Origin: Chara braunii
Lineage: Eukaryota; Plantae; Charophyceae
DNA length: 64,000 nt
Assembly (NCBI GenBank): GCA_003427395.1
Contig: BFEA01000023.1
Coordinates: 5,795,338-5,859,337 of the forward strand
Direction of reading: 5' to 3'
Under the pieces are notes generated by a model, which was given only the letters and a program-made list of their open reading frames with translations, was not told the origin of the DNA and did not search any database. The translations under genes and the position numbers were made by a program. Each line of letters begins with the position of its first letter. The first letter of the stretch is position 1. Below, in pieces: positions 51,183-64,000 of the stretch.

Positions 51183-53844
51183 GAGAATTAGATAGGTGAT
51201 TTTTCTAAGCAACATCCTCTTTCCTCTCATGAAGTAGATTAACAAGCATGTACACATCTTTCATTCACAACGATTTTCTTTTCCCTTGTCAAAATTGATA
51301 CTTAGTGTATCAAGATTCGATATCGATGAACTTGGGCACTCTAACTATGCATTAAGTCAATTCCTTGTAAATCATCCGAACCCACTCAACCCAATTGAAG
51401 CTAAGCTAGAGTTGCTAATGCATCTTTGAAAAAAAGTGATGAAGCATAAAATTCAAATAAAAGAAATCATTATCGCTCGTAAACTTGTAATAAGAAAATG
51501 AACTCACTTATTAAGAAGAAATAGCTCGAGCATTATCTAAAGACCGTGTGCTTCGAAGCAGACACAGATACAACCAATCATATTAATAAGTCCCGCCTTC
51601 TAATAGTCATTTTCTGTTTTTTCTCCCTGTTGTTCGTTGTTCAGAGGTTGTCCACTTCTTTGAGTCTTAGTTGTGTACTTTGTTCACGAGCGACATCAAC
51701 TGTTTGCATTGTACGAAGAACAAAAGTATCTTTTTTGGGAAAACTTTTTGAAACATGAAGAAGAGTGACAATAACAAACTTCTGAGTTGACTGTTAACTT
51801 GCTTGGCATTGATTCCTTTATCAAAACATATAAGCTCCTTGGATGAATAAAAGTTTGCAGTAATTGCGCGTTGAACTTAAACTCGGACATAGATGGGCAA
51901 GACACAACAAATGGCGCGATAGTCAAGACAACGAGTGATTTTTATGGTTTGATCGTACCCACAGTCATGCTCAGGCTCAACTCCAAGCTCGCGTTTTCAC
52001 CCTTGCGAGTTGTCCACAACCAACCAATTACAGTTGTTGATTATCTCTCTGATCAACATCGAAGGAACTTTCTCAACAACAAAAGCTAGTTGGAGGAGAT
52101 CCTGAGAAAACCACACTCTTCCTTCACTTCGTAGGCTCTCACGCGCGACTAGTTTCCCTCTCAATTGCTCATTCTCTACTTTGTCACGACAGAAAATGAA
52201 GCTTGTTTAATTAGCTTGTTGCTCTTTTGTGCAACATTCTTGTCACCATGATTTAGTACACTGGTGATCAGGTAACACCAACCATAGGATGTACTCACAA
52301 TTCTTCGCCTGAACTTCATGAGCAGTTTCACTTTGCTCGCCCAGACCGACCACTATTACCCCACTCAAGTCTTCAAACTCTGTTGCGTCACAATCAGGCA
52401 GTGCATGGGTAATCGCCCGGCAAGTACCAAAACACACTTCGAATATTGATTTTTGTCATATACATGTGTGTCGTTTATACAATTTGAATGCGCATTAACC
52501 TTTTCGTCGCTAATCAACCATCCCGTTGCGCTTGGACTTTCTGTAACCACAGGTGAACCTGATAATGTTGACTACTCAGGGGGTCGAATACTCCTGATAC
52601 GAGTAATCAGAGTGGCGTCAACTACTCACTCATGCGCAGTACTCTCACAAAAATCTAGCTTCGTTCTACTACACGGTTCGCCAATGCTCAACTAGTCCTT
52701 GACCAGTGTAGTGACTTGTCGATCGCAGAAAACGTAAATAACGAAGCTAGTTGTTGAGCAGGAAGCCAAAGTAGATGACAACCACAACTCATTAGCACTC
52801 AAAACTCTACGGGAATCTGACTCTTCTCTTGCATGATCGCCCGTCTTACAGGTCTGAACACATGCCGTCAACTTGATTATCGTGCGTTATCGAATGACGC
52901 TTTCTCGTAGTTCTTAGCAGTCTCTTGAACTTGACACTTCTAACCGTAATAGTAGTCTCCGCACAAGAGATGATGTCAACCGAATCATTTGTCCGCCACC
53001 TTACGGGGTTCGGATTCCCTCTCTCGGGTGGTCCTTCCGCCATTGTTCCGGCCCGTTCCAAGACTGGGTCTCTGTGTCCAAGTCACTGATCTCGCTCTAG
53101 ACCTCCGAATCACAGTCCAGGCGTTGCTACTCTCGCTCTGTGGTGCCTATGGAAGACAATCACCTGTACGTCCGTTGTCACACCGTCCCACCTACACCGC
53201 CTCTTAGCTCGATTCTTGGCCTCTGTGACCACCGCTTGCAGTTTTGGGTCTGTCCTCCTCTCCTCCTCTCTTGTTCCTTCTACATTTATTTTGAATCTTG
53301 CATCTTGATTGTAGCGGCTGTAATCTAAAATAACTGTAATGATAGGTCCCTCTTCTGCCTCCTGCTCCCATCTCCAGATAAACTGGAGGTACTCTGACTT
53401 ATAGCCGTGCAGGCTATTACCAAGTCATAGCCGCACCTCTTTTGAAATAGCAGGAGCTTACACACTTGCTAAGAAGGAGCCGCAATCACGTCTTTCGATA
53501 GTCGCCCTGCTACTCAGATTCATCTAATCTAAGCAAGTTATTGCATGAATCTGAAAGTTTATAAGAGCTCGAACTTGTCTCAACAAAATTGAAATAAAAT
53601 ATTATTCTGCAATCATATTTGAAAATACGAGAGGATAAACAAATATCGAGTGGAGGAGGATGGAGAAGGTGGGTACCATCTCAAAGTGGTAATGTTTTTG
53701 TCCACTCCTATGCCTCACATCCTGCCATATCTGACCCTTCTCCGAGCACATGATGTCAAATAATTAATAATAATAATAATAATAGTAGTAATAATAAATA
53801 TTAGTTATTATAATTATAGTTATAAATTATAATATTATTATTAT

Positions 53845-54509
53845 CAGGGTAACTGACGTTCGGGACGGGCCGAACGCCCGAACGTATGGGACCCTTTGGG
53901 AATGCGTTCGGTCGTTCGGGCCGACCGTGAATCCCCCCCCCACCCAAAAAAAAAAATAAAAAATAAAAAAAAATCAAACAAATATGAAAACAAAAATGTT
54001 ATGAAGAAAAATAAACTGCTTGAGCATTACATCCAAATTCCTTACCAAATTTGAAATAAAAATAAAATACGGAGAACAAATACTAATAATTAAAATAAAA
54101 AAAATAAAAAAAGAGAATTAAATTTAGTGAGTGCGCGAGCACGTTTTCGACACCGCCATCTTTGGTGATTTTTTTTTTTTTTTTTTGGCATAGCTAAATG
54201 CCCTGAAAATTTACAGATGTGTACTTCACATAAATCTACAAAACACACTAAAAAAGTTTTAAAAAACAATAAAATTGTTTAGACCCGAAGTAAAGTGAAA
54301 ACAAAAAGTAAAAAGTGAAAAAAAAAAACGTGGGCGAGCACGTTTTGACACAACCGTCTTTAGCGATTTTTTATTCTTATTTGGATGAGACAAATGACGT
54401 CAAACTTTATAGGCATCTACCATACATTCGGGCCCCATACGGGACCCTGAATGCCCGTACGTACAGAGGTCGGCGCGGGGACCTCCGTACGTACGAGAGG
54501 GTGACCTTG
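53845..54509 (+). mobile_element. Non-autonomous hAT-type element, copy 4
   Basis: CAGGGTAACT...GGTGACCTTG with 8-bp TSD ATTATTAT (53837-53844 and 54510-54517). Confidence 0.8.
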
Positions 54510-54567
54510 ATTATTATAATAATACACGTTAATATAATAAATGCAGTAATAATAATAAGGATAAAAA

Positions 54568-54624
<57 letters not shown>

Positions 54625-56237
54625 TTATCCTAGTAATGTCATAAATGGAATTGCAAGGAACAAAAAACACAAGAAAGATAATGCATTATGCTACCAACGA
54701 CATTCGTTTTCTTCTATTGCGAACCAAACCTTCTCCATCCTTACCTCCTTGTCCTTCTTCTGTCTGCTCCTTTTTTTCTTCATTTTTTTCTTTTTTTTTT
54801 TTCTTTTTCTTTTTCGTCTTCTTCTTCTTCGTTGTCGTTTTGATCTTGGTCTTCGTCTTCTTATTTCTCTTCTCCTTCTCCTTCTTCTTTTGTCTTAGTG
54901 CTCATTTCTCTTTTACCCCGTGCTCAACTCGTCTTTTTATGTGTTCAACATTCCTCGTCATTACCACCATCCAGTTGTAGGTAGAGTGGAGGAAAAAGTG
55001 GATGGTACACACAACTACTTAGCTGCCCTACTCGTTAACTGCAGAATTGTCAAACCCTATGCACATTGTGACTTACGTTGCCCTCATCCAATTAGACCGA
55101 ATAATAATAAGTCAGGTACTCGGTTCCCCTCATTCCTTGCACATTTGTACTTTTGCACCTCTTTTGACTTCCTCACTCCCAAATGCTAACTCCTTCATCC
55201 GATCCTAATTTTTTTTTTTTTTTTGCTGCTTGCTTAAACAATAAATTAATTATAACAATATTTATATAAATCCGAATAATCATAATAATACCAATATAGA
55301 AAGAAGCTTGAGAAACATATTTCCTTCAGAACGTGAGCAATAACAAACATTCGTGTTTTCCTTGCTTAGATGGTTAGGCTCACAAGAAACATTCTTTGTG
55401 GCGATCAACCGAGGTAATCGACATACCTTTCCTTGTTTGGTATTGTTGGGGCTTTTGGTCAACCTGTGTATGTATGTGTGTGTGGAAGAGCAAAAACTTG
55501 TTACTCAACAGCGGTAAGGAAAGTAGACTGGAGAAAAAATGCTCGCATTTTACTTTATTCGTCCCTCTATCCAACGAACGATTCATACATCATGACCCGT
55601 CGCAAGCCGTCAAACACTATGCTTGTTCTCACTCAAACCTCTTAGTACAGATCACACTTGGTTAAGTATTCGACTTTCCCTGCGTCTACCTCGATTCCTC
55701 TAGTCAAAGACACCGTAAGTGAGTGCAACCGAAAATTGGATTAGAAATACATAAATAAAATAAAACAACAATTACTATCACGGTATACTTGTTATCTATT
55801 GTTCCAGGTGCAAACATATGATGCACTCACTCATATTAAAATCATTTGTTTTGATGGACCAAACATTGTTTATAAAATAAATGGTTTTGTTGTTATGTTT
55901 CTTTGACTTGTTTTCTCCACAACCATAAATTGTTTATAAGATAAACGATCTTAGTTGTTGTTTCTATGAGGTTTGATTACTTTAACTTTTATGTTAAGAC
56001 ATTGTTGTTAAGATGAATGGTCTGGTCGCTCGTTTATTTTTTATGGTTTTGAATAGACTCTGAGCATTGTCTTTAAGATGAATGACCTTAGTTATTCTGT
56101 TTTCTTTTTTGTACTGAGAAAATGAGTTGAGTATTGTTTTAAAGTTGAGTGACTCTGTTTTTTGTGTGTTTCTTCTGAAGGAGGTTCATACAAAAAAACT
56201 ACGTATTGTTTCGAATATGAATGACTTAGTCAGAAGC

Positions 56238-56555
56238 TGTAGCGGACCTCTGGTTGGCCTGTGAGACCAGCCCCTTGGTCTGTTCTCACATGCATGTGTT
56301 CTGTTCGGGGGCAGTCCAGTCCAGTCCAGGCCGGTACCTCTGTCGGTACCAGCCAGTCCCCAGTCCAGTCCGTCGGTCCGCTGGGGTATACCCCAACCAT
56401 TGTCTGTTTTTCGGGTCATTCTTCACTTGCACATTTTGGAGTACGTGCGTAGGAGTCTTGCGTGGGGAGCTGCGTTTTGCCATCTCGCTTCCCCCTTCTT
56501 CCTCCATCTCCATCTCTACCACTAGCGGAGCACCACACCTGGTGGGTCCGCTACA
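56238..56555 (+). mobile_element. 5' LTR of Ty3/Gypsy retrotransposon
   Basis: 11-bp terminal inverted repeat TGTAGCGGACC...GGTCCGCTACA, followed by a PBS. Confidence 0.85.
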
Positions 56556-56556
56556 T

Positions 56557-56568
56557 TGGTATCGGAGC
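56557..56568 (+). promoter_or_regulatory. Primer binding site (initiator tRNA-Met)
   Basis: TGGTATCGGAGC, one mismatch from the canonical TGGTATCAGAGC. Confidence 0.85.
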
Positions 56569-58865
56569 GGGAATGGTCCCCGCTCCCACCCACCTCCCCG
56601 CACACAGGGGAAAACAATAAATCCCGACAACGATATTTTTTGTGTTGTTTCTCACGGAAAACAGAGGGAAAAAGGCGCAGCAGCAGGAGGGCTCCACGTG
56701 GCAAGAAAGGAAGTGACAGCACGATGCGTGCGCGCAAGCGCTAAGGCCAAGGCCGCCGCAACATCACGCACACGTACGCGCCACGTGCCCACGCTGCCCC
56801 GCCCCGCCCTGCTCCCAGATATATCTATTTTCAAGATGCGGGATGCAGCAGCTGCCGCTGGGGTTTAAACCCAGGTGCCTGCCAGGCCATGCGCGTGCGT
56901 AAGTAGCCTCATAACGCACTCGCCACAGAGTGTCTATGGCCTTGTAGCACGGCACACTCGTGTTGAAGAGGTGTCGTGCTGGCTATTTCCCCCCCCCCCC
57001 CGCCCCACGGGCGGCGAGCTGCGAGCAGCGGCCAACAAGGCAACAACGGGAGAGGCTGCTATTTACCCTCCCCCCCCCCCCCCCTGTGGCTGCTGCTGCC
57101 TGTGCACGTGGCACTTTGCTATGGACTTGAAGACCCCCTGTGTTTTAGGGGCTGCTCTACAACGGTGAGGGTATGCTCACACAACATACCCTAGGTCTGC
57201 AAATTTGCAGCAACTCAAGATTTCCCCCTGGCTAGGGGGCTATGTGACTGTGGCAGTAGGGTGGCTGATCAAGATCTCAGCCAACCCTAGATCATCATCA
57301 TCATCCACCAGGGTATGCTCACACAGCACACCCTGGATCTGCAGTGTTGCAACTAGGGGCTGATCAAGATCTCAGCCCCCCCTCCATCCTTCAGTTGGCT
57401 GGCTGCAGCGAAGGCCAAGACCCTCCTGGTCTTGGTATACCTTGTGCCCTTGGAGACACCAAGGGCCAGGTATCATCTCTGTCTCTCCTTTTCTTTCCCC
57501 CACCTTCCACTGCCTCTCTCCCCTCCTCTTTTTGCCTTCTCCACCCCACCTTTTCTCCCACTAACCACTATCTTACCCACTTTTTTTCATTTCTTTTCTT
57601 TTCTCCCCTCCTTCTTTCCTCTTACTTTCTTGATCACTCTCCATCTTTCCCCATCTTCTTTCTCTCCCATTCTCCCACCCTCCTCTCCCTCAATTACCAC
57701 CACATCAACCCCCAACTCCCACTTCATTTTTTTTTCTTTTTTTTTCTCATCTTTTTTTTTTTTCTCTTTTTCTTTCTCTCCCATTCTCCCACCCTCCTCT
57801 CCCTCAATTACCACCACATCAACCCCCAACTCCCACTTCATTTTTTTTTCTTCTCCCCCGCCTATTTCTTTCTCTTCTCCTTTACTTTTTCATTCCCATT
57901 CCCCCCCTACTTTGAATTTTTTCTGTTTTTTTTTTCTTCTATCTCTCTCTTGATTTATCTTTTCTCTTTTCCAAAAATTTGAAATATCTTATTTCCCACC
58001 TTTTCTCATTTTCTGATTTATTTTATTTATTTTTCTATTTAGTCTGAAAATTCGATTTTCTTTACGNCAACCNTAAATCTGATTAGGTGTTAGTCTTTAC
58101 TACTTTCGGCACACGTTTTGACCCTGTGGGAGTAACGAAGTGCTGCCGAAATTTTCTGTTTTTTCTTTCACTTAGTCTTCTCGGCACACTTCGACCCCAT
58201 GGGGGTAACCAAATGCTGCCAAAATTTTTGACAAATTAGATACTTCATTCCTCCCCACCTCCTCATCCACTTTTTACTTCTTTATTTATTTATCTCTTTA
58301 TTTATTATTTCTTTATTTATTTTATGAAATTTCTTTTTTATTTGCGGCATCTTGACACCTAGTGTGCTCACCTTGGTCTCTCCCTTCCCCTTGGCACATT
58401 CTTGACCCTGTGGGGGGTAGGGAAATGCTGCCGAAAAATTTCAAAAAATAAATATTGTTTTCTCTTCACATCTTTTTACTTATTTTTTAAATTATTTTTA
58501 TTATTTATTTATTTTTTTATTTATTTTTATTTTCTTTTGAAATCTCGCTGTTTGTTTATTTTTCTCCCGCCTTCCCCCCCCTATGCTTGCTCTTTACTTT
58601 CTTGATTAGGTCACTGATACCCTACCCTAACCACTTAAGCCTCGGTTAGGGTTTTCTTAGGTTTTTGTAGGGTTTAGGGTTCTTCAAACCCCCCCTACTT
58701 CCCCGTCCTCTTCGGGCACCCTGGACCCGAACACCCCTCCCCCTTCGACGGCGCCCATGCTAGCCTTGCTAACGTCGTTCCCCGCTTTCTACCGCGGATT
58801 TCCTCCTACGCCTTCCGCTCACGCGGACCTCTTCTCGCCCCCTCAGTCCGGTCCGTCATCTTCCC

Positions 58866-60928
58866 ATGGCCGACGGTGTGTCACACGCCGCCGACACGGC
58901 GATGACCACGGCATCGGGCTTCACACCCGTGTCGGCGGACCAGGGCCATCAGCCCCAGGGGATCTGCACACCCTCCTCACCTCCCTCCTTGCGCCCATCC
59001 AAGCGCAACTCGCAACCCTTGCGCCCATCCAGGCGCAACTCGCGACCCTCGCGTCCTTACGGGCGCAGGTGGCGACCCTTGCTGCCGGCGTGCAGCAACT
59101 CCAGGATGCTGCATGTCCTCCATCACCGGGCTCCGAGTCCGGGTCCCCCGTCCTCCGACAGGGTGGCCACAGTAGAGCTTCCTCCTCCGCCACCCCCGAC
59201 CCGACCATCTTGGTGACTGTCCACGCCCCTAGCACGACAACCGCCACGAGCCAGGCCCTCCCTCGGTCCACGAGCGCACCCGCCCAGATTCCGGTCACGA
59301 CGGCCACGGGACTACAACCCGCTACCATGGTCTCAGCTTTTCCGGGTGCCCCACTTCTTCCCCCTCTTCGCACGACCGCAGCGCCATCCGGCTCTCCCCC
59401 TTGTGGGATGTCTCGCGCCGCTCGTGCGTCTCCCCCTGCCACACCTCGCTCGACCTACGTTCGAGGTCTCGAGGACGAGATCGCCCGGCTGCGGACCGAC
59501 CTCGCTCTCTCATGCCTTCAGTCACCCCCACCCTCATAGGTGGCCGCGCCTTCCGGCGCACCCTCTTCTTCCTCTATTCTCCCTTCCATGCAGGCTCGCT
59601 TCCCTCGTCCTGCACCCTACCCATCCCCATCCTACCTCCTCCCCATCCCCTTGGTTGCTGCGACCTCTTCTACCGCAGCTCCTGTGCAGCCTGCCGCTGT
59701 TTCCCCCGCCGCTCCACCATGCGGCCCGGGCGTGCAGTCAACTGCGCCCCCTCCTCCAGGACCTGCACCGACTTATTCAGCCGTAGCGCAGTCCCCTGCT
59801 CCTCGATCCCCTCGCCGCAAAAACGGTGGCGCACCACTCATCCACTTGCCGGACATTGCTTTGTATGACGGTACAGGCATACGCGTGTCTAGGTGGCTGC
59901 AGTCTGCCACCCGCACGCTCCAGCTCATAGGCGCCACACCCGACACGTGGGTGGGTCACCTTTCCACGCGCCTGCGTGGCGGTCCTTCCAAGGCATGGGA
60001 GAATTTCTACGCGCACTCCCTTCCCGCGGGTCGGACTCCGACCTTCATAGATTTCCAGGCGTTCCTCGAGGATCGCTTCGGAGCCCGACACGATGTGACT
60101 GACGCCTTCGAGCGTGTCGTCACTACACGCTGGTCCGACTCTAGTGGTGCTGCCGGCCTGGATCGCCACATCCAGGTCTTTCAGGACGCCCGCCTCATTT
60201 GTGACATAGCGTTCCTCCCCGAGGCGGCCCTTATCGATCGGTTCTTGGCCAGCCTTCTGCTCGAGTACCGCTCCGAGCTATGGCGGTACGAGTTCACATC
60301 GGCCCCGCAGGCTTATGAGGCCGCAAGGGACCATCAGCGGATGCGGGCCCGTCTTCAACCCGCCTCCACCTCCCAGCCACAACGTACTGGTTACGCCTCA
60401 TCCTCCTATCACGGCACTTCCCAGCGCCATTCCCCCTTCCGCGGTCGCCCCCGCCGTCCCATGCAGCAGGGCCGCCACTTCTCGCGCCGCTTCAGCGCGC
60501 TCGAGTATGGTGAGCAGGACGCTGGTGCCCCGCCGTTGCCACAGGGTGATCATAGCGATGACCTCGACCTCGGCGATGTCGTCCAGCACCACCTGGAGGA
60601 CCCTACTCTCCCTATGGGTGAGCGCCTCCAGCTTATCCTCTCCACCCTTTTCCGGACACGCAACCGCCCTAGTCACGCTGGCGCGTCGCCCCCCGAGGTC
60701 CCTCAACAGGACCTCCCTCAGGGCTTTGTTCCTCCTCGCGGTGTCCTTTCCGCTAAGGAGCGCGCGACTATTATGGGCCAACGTGGGTGTTTGCGATGCT
60801 CTCAGGACGGCCATACCTCCTCGCGGTGCCCTTACACCACCGCCCTTGACCGCCACTACGCTGACCTTTCCCGCCAGCGTCGTGCTCAGTCCCCCCCCGA
60901 CGCCTCGCATCCCCGAGGCGCCTCCTAG
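58866..60928 (+). pseudogene. gag: Ty3/Gypsy gag (disrupted)
   Basis: Retrotransposon gag core YDG...WL...LRGGPSKAW...F...LEDRF and CCHC knuckle CLRCSQDGHTSSRC. In-frame TAG at 59537-59539 and a probable frameshift near the 5' end. Confidence 0.8.
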
Positions 60929-60933
60929 CCACG

Positions 60934-63740
60934 GTGCAGTGTACATCTGCGCCCTCCTCAGTTTTGGGCTTCCCGACATCTCCGTCGCGGTTCGCCCCTC
61001 TCGCTACTGGAGTTGAGGTATCGCAGGACTTGACAGAGTGTACTCAGCCCTCTGTCGCAGTACCGTCGGCGCCTCCGCAGACCACCGTCTCCCCTCCTTC
61101 CTCGCTGCGACTACAGACGCGTCGAGCCATTTGCTCAGCCCGTTGCAGCGAGTAGCTCGCTACTCGCGAGGACGTTGTGTCCTCTCTTCTGGACTTGAGC
61201 ATGCTCCAGGCTCGTCAGGAGCGACTCACCCTCNATGTCGCTGCACTGCGTCGCCGTCTCGCCATCCTCTCTGACCCTGATCGCACCCTCCCGATCATCC
61301 CAGTACGACTCGGGACCTCCACGAGGGTGTACTCCGCGTTGTGGGATTCCAGTTCTCAGGACGAGTTCATTCACCCACTCGTGGTGAAAGAAACTCGCTT
61401 ATCCACGACAGGGTCTTCGATTCCCATCTCCGTTACCCTAGGGGATGACAAGACTCAGCGCTTCTTCAATCAGACGGTCACCGACCTTGCTTTCTTCCTC
61501 ACTCTCGAGCCGACTGATCGTTCCCCGGCGTCTCGTCGCCACCGCTCCTCTGCACATTTCGATGTGATGGAGACGGGTTACGACTTCATTCTCGGCACTT
61601 CGTGGTCTCGTCGGTTCCGCAGCACCGAGGCCGATTGGGCGACCAACACTCTCATTCTCAAAACGAAGTGTGGACAGACATATCGCGTACCTTTCATAGG
61701 TACCACGACGACACCACGCCCCGATCCGTCTCCCCCGGAGCCTTCCGTGCCCACACCATCTTCTTCCATCACTGTCACTTCGCCTCGGCAGTTTGCCCAC
61801 TTCATCCGAAAGGAGGACGTCACCTTCTTTATGGTGGACGTGACGGATCTCTTACACTATGATCCACCCTGTCCCGACGTCGAGCTCGTCCCTCTGGAGC
61901 CAGATCCTCCTTCTATCTCCATGACTCCCATCTCTATTTCCGTCCCTCTGCCGTTCGTCTAGTCCACTCCGCTGTCGCGCGCTGACGCTGACGCTGAGGA
62001 ACTCGCACGATATACGGCTGACCTGGAGCCCCCAGTTCGTGACCTCATCCGAGAGTACCACGACGTCTTCCCATCGTCGTTCTCGTATGCCAGCATCCCA
62101 CCGATGTGTGACGTCGAACACTCCATCCAGCTTGCGCCTGACTATCGTGGTCGCCATCAGGCACCCTACAGACTCTCGATCCCCGAGGCCACCGAACTCA
62201 AGTGTCAGCTTGAGGAGCTCCTGAGACTGGTTTTCATTAAACCCAACAACTCCCCGTGGGGTGCACCCGTCCTCTTTGCTCGCAAAGCGGATGGAACTCT
62301 TCGTCTCTGCATCGACTACCGCGGTCTCAACCGCTACACGATTAAGAACAGTTACCTCATGCCTCGTTTCGATGAGTTGTTCGACTGCCTAGCAGGCAAC
62401 CGCTTCTTTACAAAGATTGATCTTCGTAACAGTTACCATCAGATCCGCGTCGCTGCAGCCGACCAGCCGAAGACAGCGTTCCGATCGCGCTTCGGCCACT
62501 ACGAGTTTACAGTGATGCGATTCGGCCTCACCAACGCATCCGCCACCTTCCAGAGGGCGATGAACGACATCTTCAGGGACATCCTGGAGCAGTACGTTCT
62601 CGTCTACCTCGACGACATCCTGGTCTACAGTCGTACCCTTGAGGAGCACCTCAGACACCTCCGCGACGTCCTTGACCGCTTGCGCAGACATGGCTTCTAC
62701 GCCAAGCTGAGCAAGTGCCGCTTTGCCCAGCACAAAGTGAATTTCTTAGGACACTACGTGTCTGACCAGGGTCTCCACATGGACGACGCGAAGATCACTG
62801 CTATTGCGGAGGGACCCGCCCTCACATCCGCCAAGCAGCTTCGCAGCTTCCTAGGCCTTACCAGCTACTATAGTAATTTCATCCGGGGATACGCTAGGTA
62901 TTCCTACGTCCTTACCTCCACCCTCCTCCGGAAGAACCCACCCTGGGCTTGGACACCCCTCCACAAGGACACCTTCCGCGCCCTCAAGAAGGGGGTGACA
63001 TGCGCACCGGTTCTTCACCTACCCGATTTTGATCGCCCTTTTATCCTTACCACCGATGCGTCAGACTTTGTTGGAGCAGTGCTCTCTAAGGTTTTCCCCT
63101 CCTCTCCTGATTCCTCTTATCCTCGTATCCCTCGCTTCCCACTACCTACCCCTACCACTGCTTCCCGATTGACGCCTACTCGTCCACCTACTGACGAGCC
63201 TTCTATTGACTATTCTCCTACCATCGCCGAGGACGGCACTGTCGAGTCTCGCTCAGGTGATTATCCGATAGTCTTCTACTCCCGTCAGCTCCTGCCCGCC
63301 GAGATAAACTACACCGCTGATGAACGTGAGGTTCTCGCAGTAGTTTATGCCGCTCGACACTGGCGTCACTACCTGCACGGGGCACCATTCACGGTGCGTA
63401 CGGACAACTCTGTTGTCCAGGCTTTTCTGACCAAGCCAAAACTCACTCCTCAACAGGCTCGCTGGTGGCGCGACCTATCCGAGTTTAGTTTCACCACTGA
63501 GCACATCAAGGGTGAGACTAATCGGGTTGCAGATGCCTTATCCCGGCGCCCTGACCACGACCAGGAGCAGATCCAGCTCTCTTCCATCTCTTTCACCACC
63601 GTCCATTACTCGGTGATCGACGAGTTTCGCACTCAGTACCGCCACAACCCCGACTATCGCGACATCCACGCGACCCTTCGGAGTGGCAAGACCGTCCCGA
63701 ACTACTCTCTCGGGGACAACGGTCTTGTGTACTGGCACGG
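60934..63740 (+). pseudogene. pol: Ty3/Gypsy pol: protease, RT, RNase H (stops at 61153 and 61960; truncated before integrase)
   Basis: ALWDSSS protease-like site, LRLCIDYRGLN, YLDDILVYS, ILTTDAS, VRTDN, NRVADALSR. PR-RT-RH order. Confidence 0.93.
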
Positions 63741-64000
63741 TGTTGGGAGAGAACCCGGGGAGGGGCTACCTACCGTTCGCTGAAGCCAAGGGCTACGGCG
63801 CCTGTCACTTCGCCGCGCCCGCTCCGAGGTCCTCGGCGACCAGTAGGGTGAAAGGGGGGCAATCGAGTTCAAGGTTTGTCTAGCCCCGTCGGCACGCAGC
63901 GCTCTTCAGCAATAGGAGAGAGTAAATTCTTCTCTCTCAGCGTCTGCCTGCTCTCTCTCTCTCTCTCCCTGCGTGAGCCTGCTCTTTCTCTCTCTCTCTC
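63741..64000. mobile_element. Probable nested LTR insertion interrupting pol
   Basis: pol similarity stops abruptly at GLVYWHG. The new sequence starts TGTTG and becomes CT-microsatellite-rich. Confidence 0.6.

Larger units (their letters stand above)
47373..53290 (-). pseudogene. Candidate endogenous viral element: decayed L-protein/RdRp of a negative-strand RNA virus (ophiovirus/mononegavirus-like)
   Basis: Collinear motif-like segments: LLQTFIHP (~51840), WERARKPENGR...ELKK (premotif, ~49080-48930), LVTFSGKQRNHR (motif A-like, ~48735), GIKNILNMFSTFTTT (motif B-like, ~48493), VMMKSEESN (motif C-like, 48391), FLLTNDSYGG (~47720). Many stops and frameshifts; interrupted by MITEs. Confidence 0.45.

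Overview
Eukaryotic, repeat-rich, gapped genomic window. The plant-type U6 and the retroelement style suggest a streptophyte alga such as Chara; this is inference only. Main contents: (1) A family of 5'-truncated, (TA)n-associated repeats whose two longest copies carry a complete type III hammerhead ribozyme (5287-5344, 13841-13898), plus a second family with the same 3' terminus and a different structured RNA motif. (2) A probable two-exon gene for a divergent ubiquitin-fold protein spanning a ~29.6 kb TE-filled intron (3170-3280 + 32922-33227), with a possible nested NYN/PIN-like gene or pseudogene inside that intron. (3) A decayed minus-strand ORF at ~47.4-53.3 kb whose motif order resembles a negative-strand RNA virus L polymerase (ophiovirus/mononegavirus-like candidate endogenous viral element). 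(4) A decayed Ty3/Gypsy element (LTR 56238-56555, PBS, gag, pol), probably interrupted by another LTR at 63741. (5) U6 snRNA copies, hAT-, Harbinger- and TTAA-type MITEs, LINE remnants and microsatellites. (6) Two Nextera mate-pair adapter artefacts and nine N-gaps. Protein-family calls are by-eye motif recognition; no searches were run.
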